NCBI GenBank assembly: GCA_046758505.1
Contig: JBHIAH010000004.1
Coordinates: 32,001-96,000 of the forward strand
Length of the DNA stretch: 64,000 nt
Reading direction: 5' to 3'
Source of the DNA: Candidatus Methylomirabilales bacterium
GTDB lineage: Bacteria > Methylomirabilota > Methylomirabilia > Methylomirabilales > CSP1-5
The position numbers and the translations under genes are program-made. Shown here piece by piece: positions 29,675 to 41,260 of the stretch (its first letter is position 1; each line of letters starts with the position of its first letter). Below the pieces are notes generated by a model. The model had not been told where the DNA came from, did not search any database, and was given only the letters and a program-made list of their open reading frames with translations.

Positions 29675-32254
29675 CTACCCGTCCGTTACAATATTCACCA
29701 GCTTCTTGGGAACCACGATGACCCGTTTCACCTGTCTCCCGTGAAGCCACGTTTGAACACGGCCGTCCTCGAGCGCCGCCGTCCGAAGCTCGCCCTCCCC
29801 AGCATCGGCAGGAAGGGAGATCCGGCTCCGCAGTTTGCCGTTCACCTGGACCACCACGAGAAGTTCTTCTCGCTGAACGACCTCTGCATCATAGGTTGGC
29901 CACGGCTCGTGGCAGACGCTCCCTGGATGTCCGAGGCGCTCCCACAGCTCCTCCGCCAGGTGGGGGGCGAAGGGGGCGAGAAGCACGAGGAGGGTCTCGA
30001 CGGCAAAGCGTGCCACGGCGCGCCGCTCCACGAGTCCCGACGGTTCATCATGCAGCTCAAATTGCCCCAGGGTGTTGACCAGCTCCATGAGGGCGGCGAT
30101 GGCCGTGTTGAAATGAAAATCCCGGTCCAGGTCCTCGGTCACCTTCTTGATGGTCAGGTGCGCCTTTTGGTACACCGCTCGACCCACCGTCAGGGCGCCA
30201 TAGGAAATGGGCATTCCCGGAAGGCGGAGCTCCTCCGCCCAGCCGTCCACCAGTCGGTAGACCCGGTTCAGGAACCGAAACGCCCCCTCCACCCCTTTAT
30301 CGGACCATTCCAGATCCTTCTCCGGAGGTGCCGCAAAGAGGGAAAAGAGACGGGCGGTGTCCGCCCCATACCGATGCAGGAGGTCATCCGGGTCTACCAC
30401 ATTCCGCCGCGACTTGGACATCTTCTCGGTCCGTCCGATCTCGACCGGCTGATGACACGTCGTGCAGCGGCCGTCGGCATCCACCTCTTGCGGAAGCCGA
30501 TACCCATGGGTGGCACATCGGTAGGTCTCCTTGCAGACCATTCCCTGCGTCAGCAAATTCACAAACGGTTCGTCGTGCAGGATCAGGCCGAGGTCCCGAA
30601 CCACCCTGGTGAAGAACCGCGCGTACAGCAAGTGGAGGACGGCGTGTTCGATCCCGCCGATATATTGATCCACCGGCATCCAGTACGCCACCTTTGCCTT
30701 CTCCACGGCCTGGTCCCGCGCCTGTGGATTACAAAACCGTAGGAAGTACCAGGAGGAATCGACAAAGGTATCCATCGTATCGGTTTCCCGTCGGGCCGGC
30801 CCCCGACAGGTCGGACAGCGAACATCCACAAAACTCTCGACCCGGGCAAGGGGAGATCGCCCCCTCATGGTGATGTCCACTTCTCCCGGAAGGAGGACCG
30901 GCAAATCGCTGTATGGGACGGGAACCGTGCCGCACTGGTCACAGTAGACGATAGGAATCGGGGTCCCCCAGTATCGCTGCCGGGAAATTCCCCAGTCCCG
31001 AAGCCGGTAGTTCACCGCGCGCCTGCCGATGCCCTCCTTCTCCAGATGGTGGATCACGGCCTCGCGCCCTTCCGGACTCGGCAACCCGGTGAAGGGACCC
31101 GAATTCGCCATCACCCCCTCGTCCTCATACGCTTTTTCCAGCCCCCCCGCGGTGAGGGTTTCGTGCGCCGGCTCGATCACGACCCGGATAGGGAGGTCGT
31201 ACTTCTTGGCGAATTCAAAGTCGCGCTGGTCATGGGCGGGGACCGCCATGATGGCCCCCGTGCCGTACTCGAGCAAGACGAAATTGGCCAGCCAGATGGG
31301 GATCTTCTCTTGGGTCAAGGGGTTGATGGCATACGCGCCAGTGAAGACCCCTTCCTTCTCTGTGTCGGCCGCGGTCCGGACTACCCGATCTTCCGCCTTC
31401 ATCCGCTGGATGAAGGTTTGGACCTCCGGCTTGCCCCGCGCGAGCTGCTGCGCCAGGGAGTGCTCCGGCGCGAGGACCATAAAGGTGGCCCCGTAGAGGG
31501 TGTCCTGCCGGGTGGTAAAAATGGTGAGAGCGCTCCCCTCCGCCACGAGGGGGAAACTCACCTCTGCGCCGACGCTCTTCCCGATCCAGTTCCGCTGCAT
31601 CGTCTTGACCCGCTCGGGCCAGCCGGGGAGGCGATCCAGCCCCTGGAGCAGTTCCTCGGCGTATGCGGTGATTTTGAAGAACCACTGGTCGAGCTCTTTC
31701 TGGACAACCTCCGACTCGTCCCGCCAGCACCGCCCCCCCTCCACCTGTTCGTTGGCGAGGACGGTCTGGCAGACCTCACACCAGTTGACACAGGCGGGCT
31801 TCTTTTCGGCAATCCCCTTTTCGTACATCTTGAGGAAGAGCCACTGGTTCCAGCGGTAGTACTCCGGATCACTGCAGGTGATCTCCCGATCCCAGTCGTA
31901 GGATAACCCCATCTGCTTCAGTTGCTTGCGCATGTACGCGATGTTGTCATAGGTCCAGGTGGCAGGATGGACACCGTGTTCAATGGCCGCATTCTCTGCG
32001 GGCAGGCCGAAGGCGTCCCATCCCATCGGGTGCAGGACGTTGTGGCCCCGCATCCGCAGGTAGCGGGCAACGACGTCTCCGATGGAGTAATTCCGGACGT
32101 GGCCCATGTGGATCTTCCCGGAGGGATACGGGTACATCTCAAGGCAGTAGTACTTCGGCTTGGTGCGGTCCTCCGTCACCCGGAAGACCCGTCCCTCCTC
32201 CCAGATCCGCTGCCACTTGGCCTCGAAGCCTTTGAAATCATATGCTCTGGCCAT
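29675..32254 (-). CDS. leuS: Leucine--tRNA ligase
   Basis: [32 protein letters not shown]. Confidence 0.98.
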   Translation of the reverse strand: MARAYDFKGFEAKWQRIWEEGRVFRVTEDRTKPKYYCLEMYPYPSGKIHMGHVRNYSIGDVVARYLRMRGHNVLHPMGWDAFGLPAENAAIEHGVHPATWTYDNIAYMRKQLKQMGLSYDWDREITCSDPEYYRWNQWLFLKMYEKGIAEKKPACVNWCEVCQTVLANEQVEGGRCWRDESEVVQKELDQWFFKITAYAEELLQGLDRLPGWPERVKTMQRNWIGKSVGAEVSFPLVAEGSALTIFTTRQDTLYGATFMVLAPEHSLAQQLARGKPEVQTFIQRMKAEDRVVRTAADTEKEGVFTGAYAINPLTQEKIPIWLANFVLLEYGTGAIMAVPAHDQRDFEFAKKYDLPIRVVIEPAHETLTAGGLEKAYEDEGVMANSGPFTGLPSPEGREAVIHHLEKEGIGRRAVNYRLRDWGISRQRYWGTPIPIVYCDQCGTVPVPYSDLPVLLPGEVDITMRGRSPLARVESFVDVRCPTCRGPARRETDTMDTFVDSSWYFLRFCNPQARDQAVEKAKVAYWMPVDQYIGGIEHAVLHLLYARFFTRVVRDLGLILHDEPFVNLLTQGMVCKETYRCATHGYRLPQEVDADGRCTTCHQPVEIGRTEKMSKSRRNVVDPDDLLHRYGADTARLFSLFAAPPEKDLEWSDKGVEGAFRFLNRVYRLVDGWAEELRLPGMPISYGALTVGRAVYQKAHLTIKKVTEDLDRDFHFNTAIAALMELVNTLGQFELHDEPSGLVERRAVARFAVETLLVLLAPFAPHLAEELWERLGHPGSVCHEPWPTYDAEVVQREELLVVVQVNGKLRSRISLPADAGEGELRTAALEDGRVQTWLHGRQVKRVIVVPKKLVNIVTDG

Positions 32255-32450
32255 ACCGGTCCTCACCCGACCCGCGAGAAATTCCGCTTATAGATAGCAC
32301 AAGCCTCAGACCGTTGCAACTCCTCCCCCCCCCTCCCCCCGGCCACGATCCCGTCCCGGACGAGCAGGCCTGTGATCCCACCTGCGCATTGCCCGGCGGG
32401 ACGACGCAGCCTCCGTTGTCCTTCGGGATCCTGACGTCTGGGGGGGGATG

Positions 32451-33449
32451 CTACGGAATCTCCAGGACCGCCGCCGCGTGCAGCTGGGCCGCCTTGAGGC
32501 GTTGGAGGGCGCGATTGGCCTCTTGAAGCGGAAACGTCTCCACTTCCGTTCGAATCGGAACCTCGGCTGCGATCCGCAACAGGTCTTCGGCGTCCTGGCG
32601 GGTAAAGTTCGTCACGCTGCGAATGGTTCGTTCGTGGTACAGCTCCTGATAATCGAGCGGGGGAATCGGAGTTAAGTGAATTGCGTTGATGGCGAGGGTA
32701 CCTCCCATGCACAGGGCACGTAAGGCTTCGGGCACCAGCGTCCCGACGGGCGCGAAGAGAATGGCACTATCCAGGGGGTGGGGTGGGGCCTCGTCGGCCC
32801 TCCCCGCCCAGGTAGCTCCCAGGTCACGGGCCAGCCGCTGGTGGGCTTCCCCCCGTGTGAAGACCAGCACCTCACAGCCCCAGTGGCGGGCGATCTGAAT
32901 GACAATGTGGGCAGACCCCCCGAATCCGTACAGGCCGAGGCGCCCGCCTGGCCTAATTTCGCTCAATCGGAGGGAACGGTAGCCAATGATCCCGGCGCAG
33001 AGGAGCGGGGCCGCCTCTGCCGCGGTAAAAGTATCGGGAATCGCGTAGGCGAATGCCTCATCGACGACGGTAAATTGGGCGTACCCCCCGTCAGCCTGGT
33101 ACCCGGTAAAGCGGGCGCAGTCACAGAGATTCTCACGGCCCGCCTCGCAGTATCGGCAGCGCCCGCAGGTCCAGTGCAGCCACCCGACCCCGAGTCGATC
33201 GCCTCGATGATAACGGCGGACATCGGGGCCGATCGCCTCCACACTCCCCACGATCTGGTGACCCGGAATGACCGGTGTCTTGCGCGCGGGGAGGTCCCCC
33301 TCCACGATGTGGAGGTCTGTCCGGCAGACGCCGCAGTGACTCACCCGGAGGCGAACCTGCCCGGCTCCGGGGGTGGGCACCGGGACCTCCGCCTCCCTGA
33401 GCGGCGCCACCCTCACCCGCGCCGGATGGTCGAGAAGCATTGCCTTCAT
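32451..33449 (-). CDS. Zinc-dependent alcohol dehydrogenase family protein
   Basis: CGVCRTDLH, GHQIVG, CGRCRYC...C structural Zn, GLYGFG. Confidence 0.9.
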   Translation of the reverse strand: MKAMLLDHPARVRVAPLREAEVPVPTPGAGQVRLRVSHCGVCRTDLHIVEGDLPARKTPVIPGHQIVGSVEAIGPDVRRYHRGDRLGVGWLHWTCGRCRYCEAGRENLCDCARFTGYQADGGYAQFTVVDEAFAYAIPDTFTAAEAAPLLCAGIIGYRSLRLSEIRPGGRLGLYGFGGSAHIVIQIARHWGCEVLVFTRGEAHQRLARDLGATWAGRADEAPPHPLDSAILFAPVGTLVPEALRALCMGGTLAINAIHLTPIPPLDYQELYHERTIRSVTNFTRQDAEDLLRIAAEVPIRTEVETFPLQEANRALQRLKAAQLHAAAVLEIP

Positions 33450-33462
33450 CCCAAGACCGCTC

Positions 33463-33732
33463 TCAGAGGGGAATTCGATTCTGCCGGCAGTAGTTGGTAA
33501 GCAGAAGGATAGCCCGATTCAAGCGCTGGATGCGGAGGTTTTTCTTTCGAATCGCTTCGGCATCGCCCGGCGGCGTCACGTCGCCCCGGCTATCGCGGAG
33601 AGTCTGTTGGAGGCTAGTGTTGACGATTTTCAAATCGGCATGCGTGTACTTCTTGAGAGTCGCAGGGCTGAGCGTTCGAAAGCCATCCGCCACTTCTCGA
33701 GCCATGACTAATGGATTCCCAGCAATGGCCAT
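33463..33732 (-). CDS. Hypothetical helical protein
   Basis: GAGGA SD, fits tightly between truA and adh, plausible helical sequence. Confidence 0.7.
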   Translation of the reverse strand: MAIAGNPLVMAREVADGFRTLSPATLKKYTHADLKIVNTSLQQTLRDSRGDVTPPGDAEAIRKKNLRIQRLNRAILLLTNYCRQNRIPL

Positions 33733-33747
33733 GCGTCCCTCTCCTGC

Positions 33748-34482
33748 TTAATAGCCCACACGCATGAGACACAAGCCGTGAGGGGGCGCCGTACGCCCGG
33801 CCCGCTGTCGATCCTTGGAGTGCAAGATGTGCCGGAAGTGCTCGGGGGTGAGCCGTCCCCTGCCGACATCGAGGAGGGTGCCAACGACGATCCGGATCAT
33901 GTGTTTCAGGAAGCCGTTCGCGGTAATAACAAAGTCGAGGCGGTTCCGCTCGGTAACGAACCGGGCCTCGCAGACCCGGCGAACGGATGTCGGCTGCTCG
34001 CCGTCGGCTGCCCGGAAGGCGGAGAAATCGTGCTCGCCGATGAGCGCAGCGGCCGCCTCGGCCATGGAGGCTGGGTCCAACGGCTCAACAATGTGCAGGA
34101 ACCAGTGCCGTTCGAGGGCCGGGGGGTACGGGGTGTTCAGGATGCGGTAGCGATAGGTCTTGTGCGTGGCCGACCGTCGGGCCTCAAAATCTTCTGCCGC
34201 CCTCTCAATGCCTCGCACCACGATGTCGGGCGGGAGCAGACCGTTCAAGGCCCGCTGCCATCTGTCGGGGAAGAGATCCTTCGCCGTCCGAAAGTTTGCC
34301 ACCTGCCCGAGGGCATGGACTCCCGCATCGGTCCGCCCCGCGCCGGTAATGCGCACCTCCTCACCCGATATGCGTTTCACCGTCTCTTGCAATACGCCCT
34401 GGATGGTTGGCAGCCCCGGCTGCGCCTGCCAGCCATGATACCCTGTCCCGTCGTACTCGAGCGTCAGCTTGAAATTCTGCAC
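33748..34482 (-). CDS. truA: tRNA pseudouridine(38-40) synthase
   Basis: EYDGTGYHGWQ, GAGRTDAGVHA, GEHDFSAF, FLKHMIR, APPHGL. Confidence 0.96.
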   Translation of the reverse strand: MQNFKLTLEYDGTGYHGWQAQPGLPTIQGVLQETVKRISGEEVRITGAGRTDAGVHALGQVANFRTAKDLFPDRWQRALNGLLPPDIVVRGIERAAEDFEARRSATHKTYRYRILNTPYPPALERHWFLHIVEPLDPASMAEAAAALIGEHDFSAFRAADGEQPTSVRRVCEARFVTERNRLDFVITANGFLKHMIRIVVGTLLDVGRGRLTPEHFRHILHSKDRQRAGRTAPPHGLCLMRVGY

Positions 34483-34504
34483 GAGTGCCCCTCTAACAAC
34501 TCAG

Positions 34505-34751
34505 CGATGACCGTTGATCGATATCCGATGACCGTAAGGAACCAATACGTCCTTTCTCGGTCGTCGGACCTCGGCGAGGCCCTCGACTGAACTCGGTCGA
34601 ATGTCCTCAGTCGAGCCGTCATCGGTCGTCGGTCCACACTGAGTACCGGAGGCCCTGCCCCCTTACAGGCAGCCGTTAGCTATCAGCAGTCGGTATGCGC
34701 GCTTTGGGGTTTCTTGTACAAAGCTGACAGCAGACCGCTGACTGCTTTTTT
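34505..34751. repeat. Two adjacent inverted heptamer-repeat elements, one with an inserted palindrome
   Basis: CGATGAC-type arm vs GTCATCG/GTCGTCG arm; GCCGTTA/GCTATCA/GCAGTCG vs GCTGACA/GCAGACC/GCTGACT; internal CTCGACTGA...TCAGTCGAG. Confidence 0.7.
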
Positions 34752-34770
34752 GCTGGCTGGTGGTGCGGCA

Positions 34771-35799
34771 CTAGCCGGTACCCTGCCCGGCCACCCCCAG
34801 GACGAGCTCGGCAATCTGGATGGCGTTGAGGGCGGCGCCCTTCCGAAGCTGGTCTCCGACGACCCAAAAATGTAGTCCGTGATCGCTGGAGAGATCTTCC
34901 CGGACTCGGCCGACATAACATGCATCCTTCCCGGCCGCCATGAGGGGCATCGGGTACCGACGGTGGGCTGGATCATCTAGGAGCTCGAGGCCCGGAAACC
35001 TGGCGAAGAGGTTCCGGGCCTCCCCCACCGACACCTTCCGTTCTGTCTCTGCGGTCACGGAGACCGAGTGGGCATGCCAGACAGGGACCCGGACCGTGGT
35101 GGCGGCAATTTTCATCGCGGGATCCCCCAGGAGCTTCCGGGTCTCGTGGACCAGTTTCATCTCTTCTCTGGTGTAACCGTTCTCCTCAAAGGCATCGACC
35201 TGGGGAATGCAATTGAAGGCGATCGGATGGGGGAAGACCGTGGCTTCCGCCCGCTCTCCCCGTGCCCACGCGAGGACCTGTCGCCTGAGCTCCTCGATGG
35301 CCTGGGCTCCGGCGCCAGAGACCGCTTGATAGCTCGAGACGATCAGGCGCGTGACCCTGGCCGCATCGTAGAGCGGCTTCAGCGCCATCACAGTGACAAT
35401 GGTCGTACAGTTGGGATTGGCGATGAGCGCCTGGTGCCCTCGGATCGCTCCGGGGTTGACCTCGGGAATCACCAGGGGGACCGCTGGATCCATGCGGAAG
35501 GCGGAGCTGTTGTCCACCACGAGGGCCCCGGCCTTGAGCGCCGCAGGGGCGAACGCCTTGCTCCGCCCCGCCCCCGCAGAGAACAGGGCCAACTCGACCC
35601 CCTGAAACGCGCGCTCGCTCAGTCCTTCGACCTTCAGCTCCTCCTCTCGAAAGGTCACGGTCTTGCCCTCCGACCGCTCCGACGCCAAGAGCCGGAGGCT
35701 CCGCACGGGAAAGTCCCGCTCGGCCAGGATCGAGAGCATGGTCTGCCCCACCGCTCCCGTCGCTCCCGCAATCGCCACCCGGTACCCGGTTCGAGTCAT
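34771..35799 (-). CDS. asd: Aspartate-semialdehyde dehydrogenase
   Basis: GATGAVG, DNSSAFRM, NPNCTT, SYQAVSGAG, DQLRKGAA. Confidence 0.96.
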   Translation of the reverse strand: MTRTGYRVAIAGATGAVGQTMLSILAERDFPVRSLRLLASERSEGKTVTFREEELKVEGLSERAFQGVELALFSAGAGRSKAFAPAALKAGALVVDNSSAFRMDPAVPLVIPEVNPGAIRGHQALIANPNCTTIVTVMALKPLYDAARVTRLIVSSYQAVSGAGAQAIEELRRQVLAWARGERAEATVFPHPIAFNCIPQVDAFEENGYTREEMKLVHETRKLLGDPAMKIAATTVRVPVWHAHSVSVTAETERKVSVGEARNLFARFPGLELLDDPAHRRYPMPLMAAGKDACYVGRVREDLSSDHGLHFWVVGDQLRKGAALNAIQIAELVLGVAGQGTG

Positions 35800-35809
35800 T
35801 CCTGCTCCC

Positions 35810-35954
35810 GTTCACAGTTCACAGTTCACCGTTCACAGCAAATACAGCTTGGAGTTCAGGGTTCACCGTTCTCCGTTCACGGTATAAATCCGTCTTGGCG
35901 GACAGCACCCCCGTTTTTTGCTCCTTCCGAACTCTTAACTCTCAACCCTGAACC
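35810..35954. repeat. Inverted heptamer-repeat element (GTTCACA-type)
   Basis: GTTCACA GTTCACA GTTCACC GTTCACA; GTTCAGG GTTCACC GTTCTCC GTTCACG; opposite arm CCGAACT CTTAACT CTCAACC CTGAACC. Confidence 0.85.
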
Positions 35955-35955
35955 A

Positions 35956-36552
35956 TCAGTAGCCGCTCACGTACGGGAGCTTCATGGCAACCCGTTCGAT
36001 CTCGTCACCGGCTTCCAGGAGGACCAGTGCGGCGTTCCAGGTGCCTGTTACGAGCTGATTCCGGTAACCCTTCGGCATCGTGGCGGCAATCGTCTCTTCA
36101 GCGACGCGCACCTGCTGCTTTTCCACGTCGAGGGTGATCTGTCGCTCTGGCTGTTCCGCTGTGAGGGTCATCAACCTCTCGAGATCGTCGGCGCCCACAC
36201 TGAGACAGGGGAGCCCGAGGGCAGTACAGTTCCCGATGAAGATCTCGCCGAACGACCGTCCCACGATGCCCCGGATTCCCCACCGCCGCAAGGCCTCTGG
36301 CGCATGCTCGCGCGAGGAGCCGCACCCGAAATTTTGTCCGACCAGCAGAACCGCGGCCCCGCGGTACCGGGCCTGGTTGAACGGATGGTCGGGTGCCTGA
36401 AGGCGATCGTCCTCAAAGACATGGTCCCCGAGGCCCTCAAATGTGACGCTTTTCAGGAACCGGGCCGGGATGATCCGATCGGTGTCGATGTCGGTGCCCG
36501 GGAGGGGGATGGCTCGCCCAACAATCTCGCGGCGCACGGCGTCGTGGTTCAT
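35956..36552 (-). CDS. leuD: 3-isopropylmalate dehydratase small subunit
   Basis: [27 protein letters not shown] overlaps leuC stop. Confidence 0.95.
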   Translation of the reverse strand: MNHDAVRREIVGRAIPLPGTDIDTDRIIPARFLKSVTFEGLGDHVFEDDRLQAPDHPFNQARYRGAAVLLVGQNFGCGSSREHAPEALRRWGIRGIVGRSFGEIFIGNCTALGLPCLSVGADDLERLMTLTAEQPERQITLDVEKQQVRVAEETIAATMPKGYRNQLVTGTWNAALVLLEAGDEIERVAMKLPYVSGY

Positions 36553-37952
36553 TTCAGGAACTCCCGCACGTCGGTCACCTCTCCCGCGATGGCTGCCGCG
36601 GCCACCATCACCGGGCTCATGAGGAGCGTCCGCCCTGTGGGAGAGCCCTGCCGCCCCTTGAAATTCCGGTTGCTCGAGGAGGCGCAGACCTCCCGGCCTT
36701 TCAGTTTGTCTTCGTTCATCCCCAAACACAGCGAGCACCCGGCCTTGCGCCACTCGAATCCCGCCTCTTGGAAGATGACGTGGAGCTCCTCGGCTTCGGC
36801 CGCCTTCGCCACCGCCTGGGACCCCGGAACCACCAACGCGCGCACCCCCTTGGCGACCTTCCGGCCGCGCGCCACCTCGGCGGCCGCCCGCAGGTCGGAG
36901 AGCCGGGCGTTGGTGCAGGATCCAATGAAGGCCACGTCAATAGGGGTCCCCGCGATGGGCCGCCCCGGCTCGAAGGACATGAAAGCCAAGGCCTCTTCCA
37001 GGGGAGCCCGATCCATGTCAGGCATGTCGGCCGGACGCGGGATCCGCTCGCCCACGCCCACGGATTGGCCCGGATTGATGCCCCAGGTGACCATGGGCTG
37101 GATCGACCCGCCGTCCAGACGGACGACGTCGTCAAAGGGCGCGCCCGGTTCCGTCGCCATGCCCTTCCACCACGCCACCGCACGATCAAAGGCCTCGCCC
37201 CGGGGCGCAAAAGGGCGGCCCTTGAGGTAGTTGAAGGTGGTCGCATCGGGATTGACGTAGCCGGCGCGCGCCCCCCCCTCGATGCTCATATTACAGATGG
37301 TGAGGCGTTCGTCCATCGACATCGCCTCAAGCACCGAGCCGGCGTATTCGTACGCAAAGCCGACCCCCCCCTTGACGCCGAGCCGCTGGATGATCGCCAG
37401 GACGACGTCCTTGGCGTAGACGCCGCGGGCAAGCGTCCCCTCCACCCGGATCTGCCGGAGCTTCGGCTTGGCGATCGACAGACATTGCGTCGCCAGCACG
37501 TCCCGAACCTGGCTGGTGCCAACGCCGAAGGCGAGCGCCCCGAGCGCCCCGTGCGTAGCGGTGTGGCTGTCCCCACAGGCAATGGTGATTCCCGGCTGGG
37601 TCAGACCCAGCTCGGGTCCGATGACGTGGACGATGCCCTGCCGCCCGCTGTCCAGATCAAAGAGCGGGATGCCAAATTCCTTACAGTTTCTGACCAGGTG
37701 AACCGTCATCTCTTCGGCCAGCACATCCCGGAAGGGACGGCGCTGCGAAGCGGTCGGAATGATGTGATCGATCGTGGCGAACGTCCTTTCCGGGAAGCGG
37801 ACCTTGAGCCCTGCCTCCCGGATCATCTGGAAGGCCTGGGGGCTCGTCACCTCGTGGACGAGGTGGAGGCCGACGAAGAGCTGCGTGTGCCCCGAGGGGA
37901 GCAGACGCACGGTGTGGGCCTGCCACACTTTGTCGAGGAGCGTTTCAGCCAT
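36549..37952 (-). CDS. leuC: 3-isopropylmalate dehydratase large subunit
   Basis: [39 protein letters not shown]. Confidence 0.96.
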   Translation of the reverse strand: MAETLLDKVWQAHTVRLLPSGHTQLFVGLHLVHEVTSPQAFQMIREAGLKVRFPERTFATIDHIIPTASQRRPFRDVLAEEMTVHLVRNCKEFGIPLFDLDSGRQGIVHVIGPELGLTQPGITIACGDSHTATHGALGALAFGVGTSQVRDVLATQCLSIAKPKLRQIRVEGTLARGVYAKDVVLAIIQRLGVKGGVGFAYEYAGSVLEAMSMDERLTICNMSIEGGARAGYVNPDATTFNYLKGRPFAPRGEAFDRAVAWWKGMATEPGAPFDDVVRLDGGSIQPMVTWGINPGQSVGVGERIPRPADMPDMDRAPLEEALAFMSFEPGRPIAGTPIDVAFIGSCTNARLSDLRAAAEVARGRKVAKGVRALVVPGSQAVAKAAEAEELHVIFQEAGFEWRKAGCSLCLGMNEDKLKGREVCASSSNRNFKGRQGSPTGRTLLMSPVMVAAAAIAGEVTDVREFLK

Positions 37953-38102
37953 ACGGCTCCTTTCCCCGTCCTTCCAATGCTCCACACCCCTCGCGTAGGC
38001 CCCTGGAACCCGAGCGGACCAGGGGTGGGAGGGTGTCACGATTTACGCGTGGACCGGAGGAGCGATCGTCCGTTCGTCCCTCACCCGACGAGCGCACCCC
38101 GC

Positions 38103-39647
38103 TCACACACCCTGGGAGACCTCCTTCCCGGGAGGCGTCTTCCGGCTCACCGCCCGGTTTATCGCGTTCAGATATGCCTTTGCACTCGCCTCGATGACAT
38201 CGGTGGAGGTCCCCCGCCCGATGATCGTGTGCCCGTCGACCTCGATGGAGACCATCACCTCCCCCAGGGCATCCTTCCCCGAGGTGACGGCCCGGATGCC
38301 ATAGTCCTTCAGCCGCGGGTGGATCCCGGTAACCTGGTCGATCGCCTTGAAAGTCGCATCGACCGGACCATCTCCCCAGCCCGACTCCTGGTGGACCTCA
38401 TCTTCCTTCTTTAAGCGAACGGTGGCCGTGGGGATCATATTGGTCCCACTGGCGAATTGCAGATGATCGAGCACATAGGTTTCGGCAACGGTAAGCACCT
38501 GTTCCTCGACGATCGCCAGGAGATCATCGTCGAAGACCTCTTTCTTCTTGTCGCAGAGGTCCTTGAATCGCACGAAGGCTCTGTTCAGGTTGTCCTCGCC
38601 GAGATCCACCCCTAGGTCCTGGAGCCGTTTCTTGAACGCGTGGCGACCCGAGTGCTTGCCCAGGACGAGGCGGCTCTGGGGCACCCCCACCGATTGCGGC
38701 GTCATGATCTCGTAGGTCAGGGCGTGGGAGAGGACGCCGTGCTGGTGGATTCCGGCTTCGTGCGCGAAGGCGTTGGCCCCCACGATCGCCTTATTCGGTT
38801 GCACCGGAATGCCGGTGATCTTGGTGAGCAGCTTCGAGGCCCTGTAGACCTCTTCCGTGTTGACGCCCGTCTCCGCCTGCAGGATATCGCGGCGCGTCCT
38901 GATGGCCATCACGACCTCTTCGAGCGAGGCGTTGCCCGCCCGCTCCCCGATGCCGTTGATCGTGCACTCCACCTGCCGGGCGCCTTGTTTCATCCCCTCC
39001 AGGGAGTTGGCGACGGCCAGCCCCAGGTCATTGTGGCAGTGGACGCTGACGATCACCTTATCAATGTTGGGAACGCGATTCATGAGATTCCGAATCCGCT
39101 CGCCATATTCCCACGGGATGGCGTATCCCACTGTATCCGGGATGTTGATGGTCGTGGCCCCCGCCGTGATGGCTGCCTCTACCATCTGGCAGAGGAAGTC
39201 CTGATCGGTCCGGCAGGCGTCCTCACAGGAGAACTCCACATCATCCGTATAGCCCCGGGCTTTCTGCACCGCCCGGACCGCCGCGTCACGCACTTCGTCC
39301 CGGCTCATCTTCAGCTTGTGCCGCATGTGGATATCGGAGGTCGCGATGAACGTGTGGATCCGAGGCCGTTCGGCATGCTGGAGTGCCTCCCAGGCCCGAT
39401 CGATATCCTGATCCCGAGTCCGGCACAGCCCGGCGATGGTCACTCCCTCTCGCACCTGCTGAGAGACCACCTTGACCGCCTCGAAGTCATCCGTGGAGGC
39501 GATCGGAAAGCCCGCCTCGATGATATCGACCCGAAGGCGGGCGAGCTGCCGGGCCAACTCCAGCTTCTCTCGGGTATTCATGCTGTACCCAGGAGACTGC
39601 TCTCCGTCGCGTAATGTCGTATCGAAGATCATAATCCGCGTGGCCAT
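38103..39647 (-). CDS. leuA: 2-isopropylmalate synthase
   Basis: DTTLRDGEQ, HCHNDLG, GERAGN, C-terminal regulatory domain (GDGPVDA). Confidence 0.96.
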   Translation of the reverse strand: MATRIMIFDTTLRDGEQSPGYSMNTREKLELARQLARLRVDIIEAGFPIASTDDFEAVKVVSQQVREGVTIAGLCRTRDQDIDRAWEALQHAERPRIHTFIATSDIHMRHKLKMSRDEVRDAAVRAVQKARGYTDDVEFSCEDACRTDQDFLCQMVEAAITAGATTINIPDTVGYAIPWEYGERIRNLMNRVPNIDKVIVSVHCHNDLGLAVANSLEGMKQGARQVECTINGIGERAGNASLEEVVMAIRTRRDILQAETGVNTEEVYRASKLLTKITGIPVQPNKAIVGANAFAHEAGIHQHGVLSHALTYEIMTPQSVGVPQSRLVLGKHSGRHAFKKRLQDLGVDLGEDNLNRAFVRFKDLCDKKKEVFDDDLLAIVEEQVLTVAETYVLDHLQFASGTNMIPTATVRLKKEDEVHQESGWGDGPVDATFKAIDQVTGIHPRLKDYGIRAVTSGKDALGEVMVSIEVDGHTIIGRGTSTDVIEASAKAYLNAINRAVSRKTPPGKEVSQGV

Positions 39648-39768
39648 CACTTCACTCCTCTCTCTGTGCCTCGTCGGCACCGTCGCACACAAACAACACT
39701 CCTCACGGTCGATACTCTCTGCTGAAGGTCACCACTGCTGATGTCGCCCACGCCGGGGGAACCCTCCC

Positions 39769-40563
39769 TCAGGGGGAGTGCGGCTCCCCCGGCGTAAGCT
39801 CGAGCTCTTCACCCAGGTCGGGCAAAACGCGCCTGCGCACGAGGGGAAGGTAGCGGAGGAAACCAGAGAGGGCATATAGGAAGAAGAAGCCGGAGAGTAA
39901 GAGGCTCGGTTTCCAGGCAACGACGAGCATGGCCAGGAGGAGACTGAACAGAATCGTGAAGGGGTGGCGCCGGGAGATATCAATCTCTTTCAGCGAGCGG
40001 TACCGGATCTTGCTCACCATGAGAAACGCCGTCACCGCCACCAAGACCACCATCAGGGCAGACGTGACTTCCGGCGAAAGCACTTGATAGTCAAAAATCT
40101 CCAAAGAAGGCGATTCGCCGAGAAAGAGCACGGATGAGGCGATGATCCCCGCCGCCGCCGGGATGGGAAGCCCCACAAAGTACCGTTTGTCGAGCTTCTT
40201 CGTCTGGATGTTAAAGCGGGCCAGGCGGAGCGCCCCGCACGCGGCGAACAGGAAGGCGGCTAACCAGCCGATTCGCCCGAAAGGCTGCATGGCGAAGACG
40301 TAGGCGAGCATTCCCGGGGCGACCCCGAAAGAGACCAGATCGGCCAACGAATCTAACTCGACCCCGAAATCGCTGGCGGCCTTCGCAATCCGCGCGACCG
40401 CGCCATCCAAACAATCCAGCACCAGGGCAATGACGATGGCCAATGCCGCCTTCGACAGGTCGTTCTTATAGACCGCGATAATGGCGTAGAACCCGCAGAA
40501 GAGATTCCCGATGGTCAGGATACTCGGCAGAATGTATACGCCCCGGCGACCTTCTCGCCTCAT
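39769..40563 (-). CDS. pssA: CDP-diacylglycerol--serine O-phosphatidyltransferase
   Basis: DCLDGAVAR...GVELDSLADLVSFG, RLARFN; next to psd. Confidence 0.92.
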   Translation of the reverse strand: MRREGRRGVYILPSILTIGNLFCGFYAIIAVYKNDLSKAALAIVIALVLDCLDGAVARIAKAASDFGVELDSLADLVSFGVAPGMLAYVFAMQPFGRIGWLAAFLFAACGALRLARFNIQTKKLDKRYFVGLPIPAAAGIIASSVLFLGESPSLEIFDYQVLSPEVTSALMVVLVAVTAFLMVSKIRYRSLKEIDISRRHPFTILFSLLLAMLVVAWKPSLLLSGFFFLYALSGFLRYLPLVRRRVLPDLGEELELTPGEPHSP

Positions 40564-41225
40564 GAGACCACCCCGATGATACTCTCGCCGCCTCTCACAT
40601 AGTCCCCGATCTGCACGCGCGGGTGCACCCCTTCAGGCAACAGTAGGTCCACCCGGGAGCCGAAACGAATCATGCCAATCCGCTCTCCTGCCCGAACCTC
40701 CTGCCCGGGCTGTACCCACGTCACGATCCGCCGTGCCAAGATCCCGGCCACCTGGCGAACGAAAATATCCCCGGGACCTCCCTGCAGGTGGATCAAGGTC
40801 TGGGCATTCACGTGGGAGGCCTCCGCCTTCCACGCGACCTTAAAGGCCCCGCGGCTCGGACGGACCTCTGAGACCCGGCCACCGCATGGAGCGCGGTTGA
40901 TGTGCACATCGAAGAGGGAGAGGAAGATACTGATCTCGTTCCCACTCCCTCCATCCCCCGCGGAAGCCACCCGGACTACTCGCCCGTCAGCCGGGGCCAG
41001 GATCGCCCCGGCCTCGGCAGGCGGGACCCGATTGGGATCCCGGAAGAAGAAGGCCACCGCGCATGCCAGCAGCCCCAGAAGAAGGGCCCCTGCCGTGAGG
41101 CCTATCATCCAGAGGAGCAAGGCTCCTCCCAACGGAGGGAGGATAAACGGCCACCCCTCTGGGGCGATAGGAAGCGTCCCCCTCCGGCGTCCAGCCGTCC
41201 GATCCAACACCTCACGAGATCCCAT
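40560..41225 (-). CDS. psd: Phosphatidylserine decarboxylase proenzyme
   Basis: FFFRDP, APADG, DVHINRAP, FGSRVD self-cleavage motif. Confidence 0.92.
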   Translation of the reverse strand: MGSREVLDRTAGRRRGTLPIAPEGWPFILPPLGGALLLWMIGLTAGALLLGLLACAVAFFFRDPNRVPPAEAGAILAPADGRVVRVASAGDGGSGNEISIFLSLFDVHINRAPCGGRVSEVRPSRGAFKVAWKAEASHVNAQTLIHLQGGPGDIFVRQVAGILARRIVTWVQPGQEVRAGERIGMIRFGSRVDLLLPEGVHPRVQIGDYVRGGESIIGVVS

Positions 41226-41260
41226 CTATACCACTGCGCCCCCGGTATTTCAAGGGTGAT

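Noticed and set aside
35810..35954. CRISPR array
   Set aside because: Units are 7 nt and tandem, with no unique spacers and no cas genes
35068..38414. Long plus-strand ORFs (720 aa and 548 aa), and similar ones opposite rpsA, ilvB, leuS and alaS
   Set aside because: Antisense shadows of well-supported minus-strand genes in GC-rich DNA; no recognisable motifs
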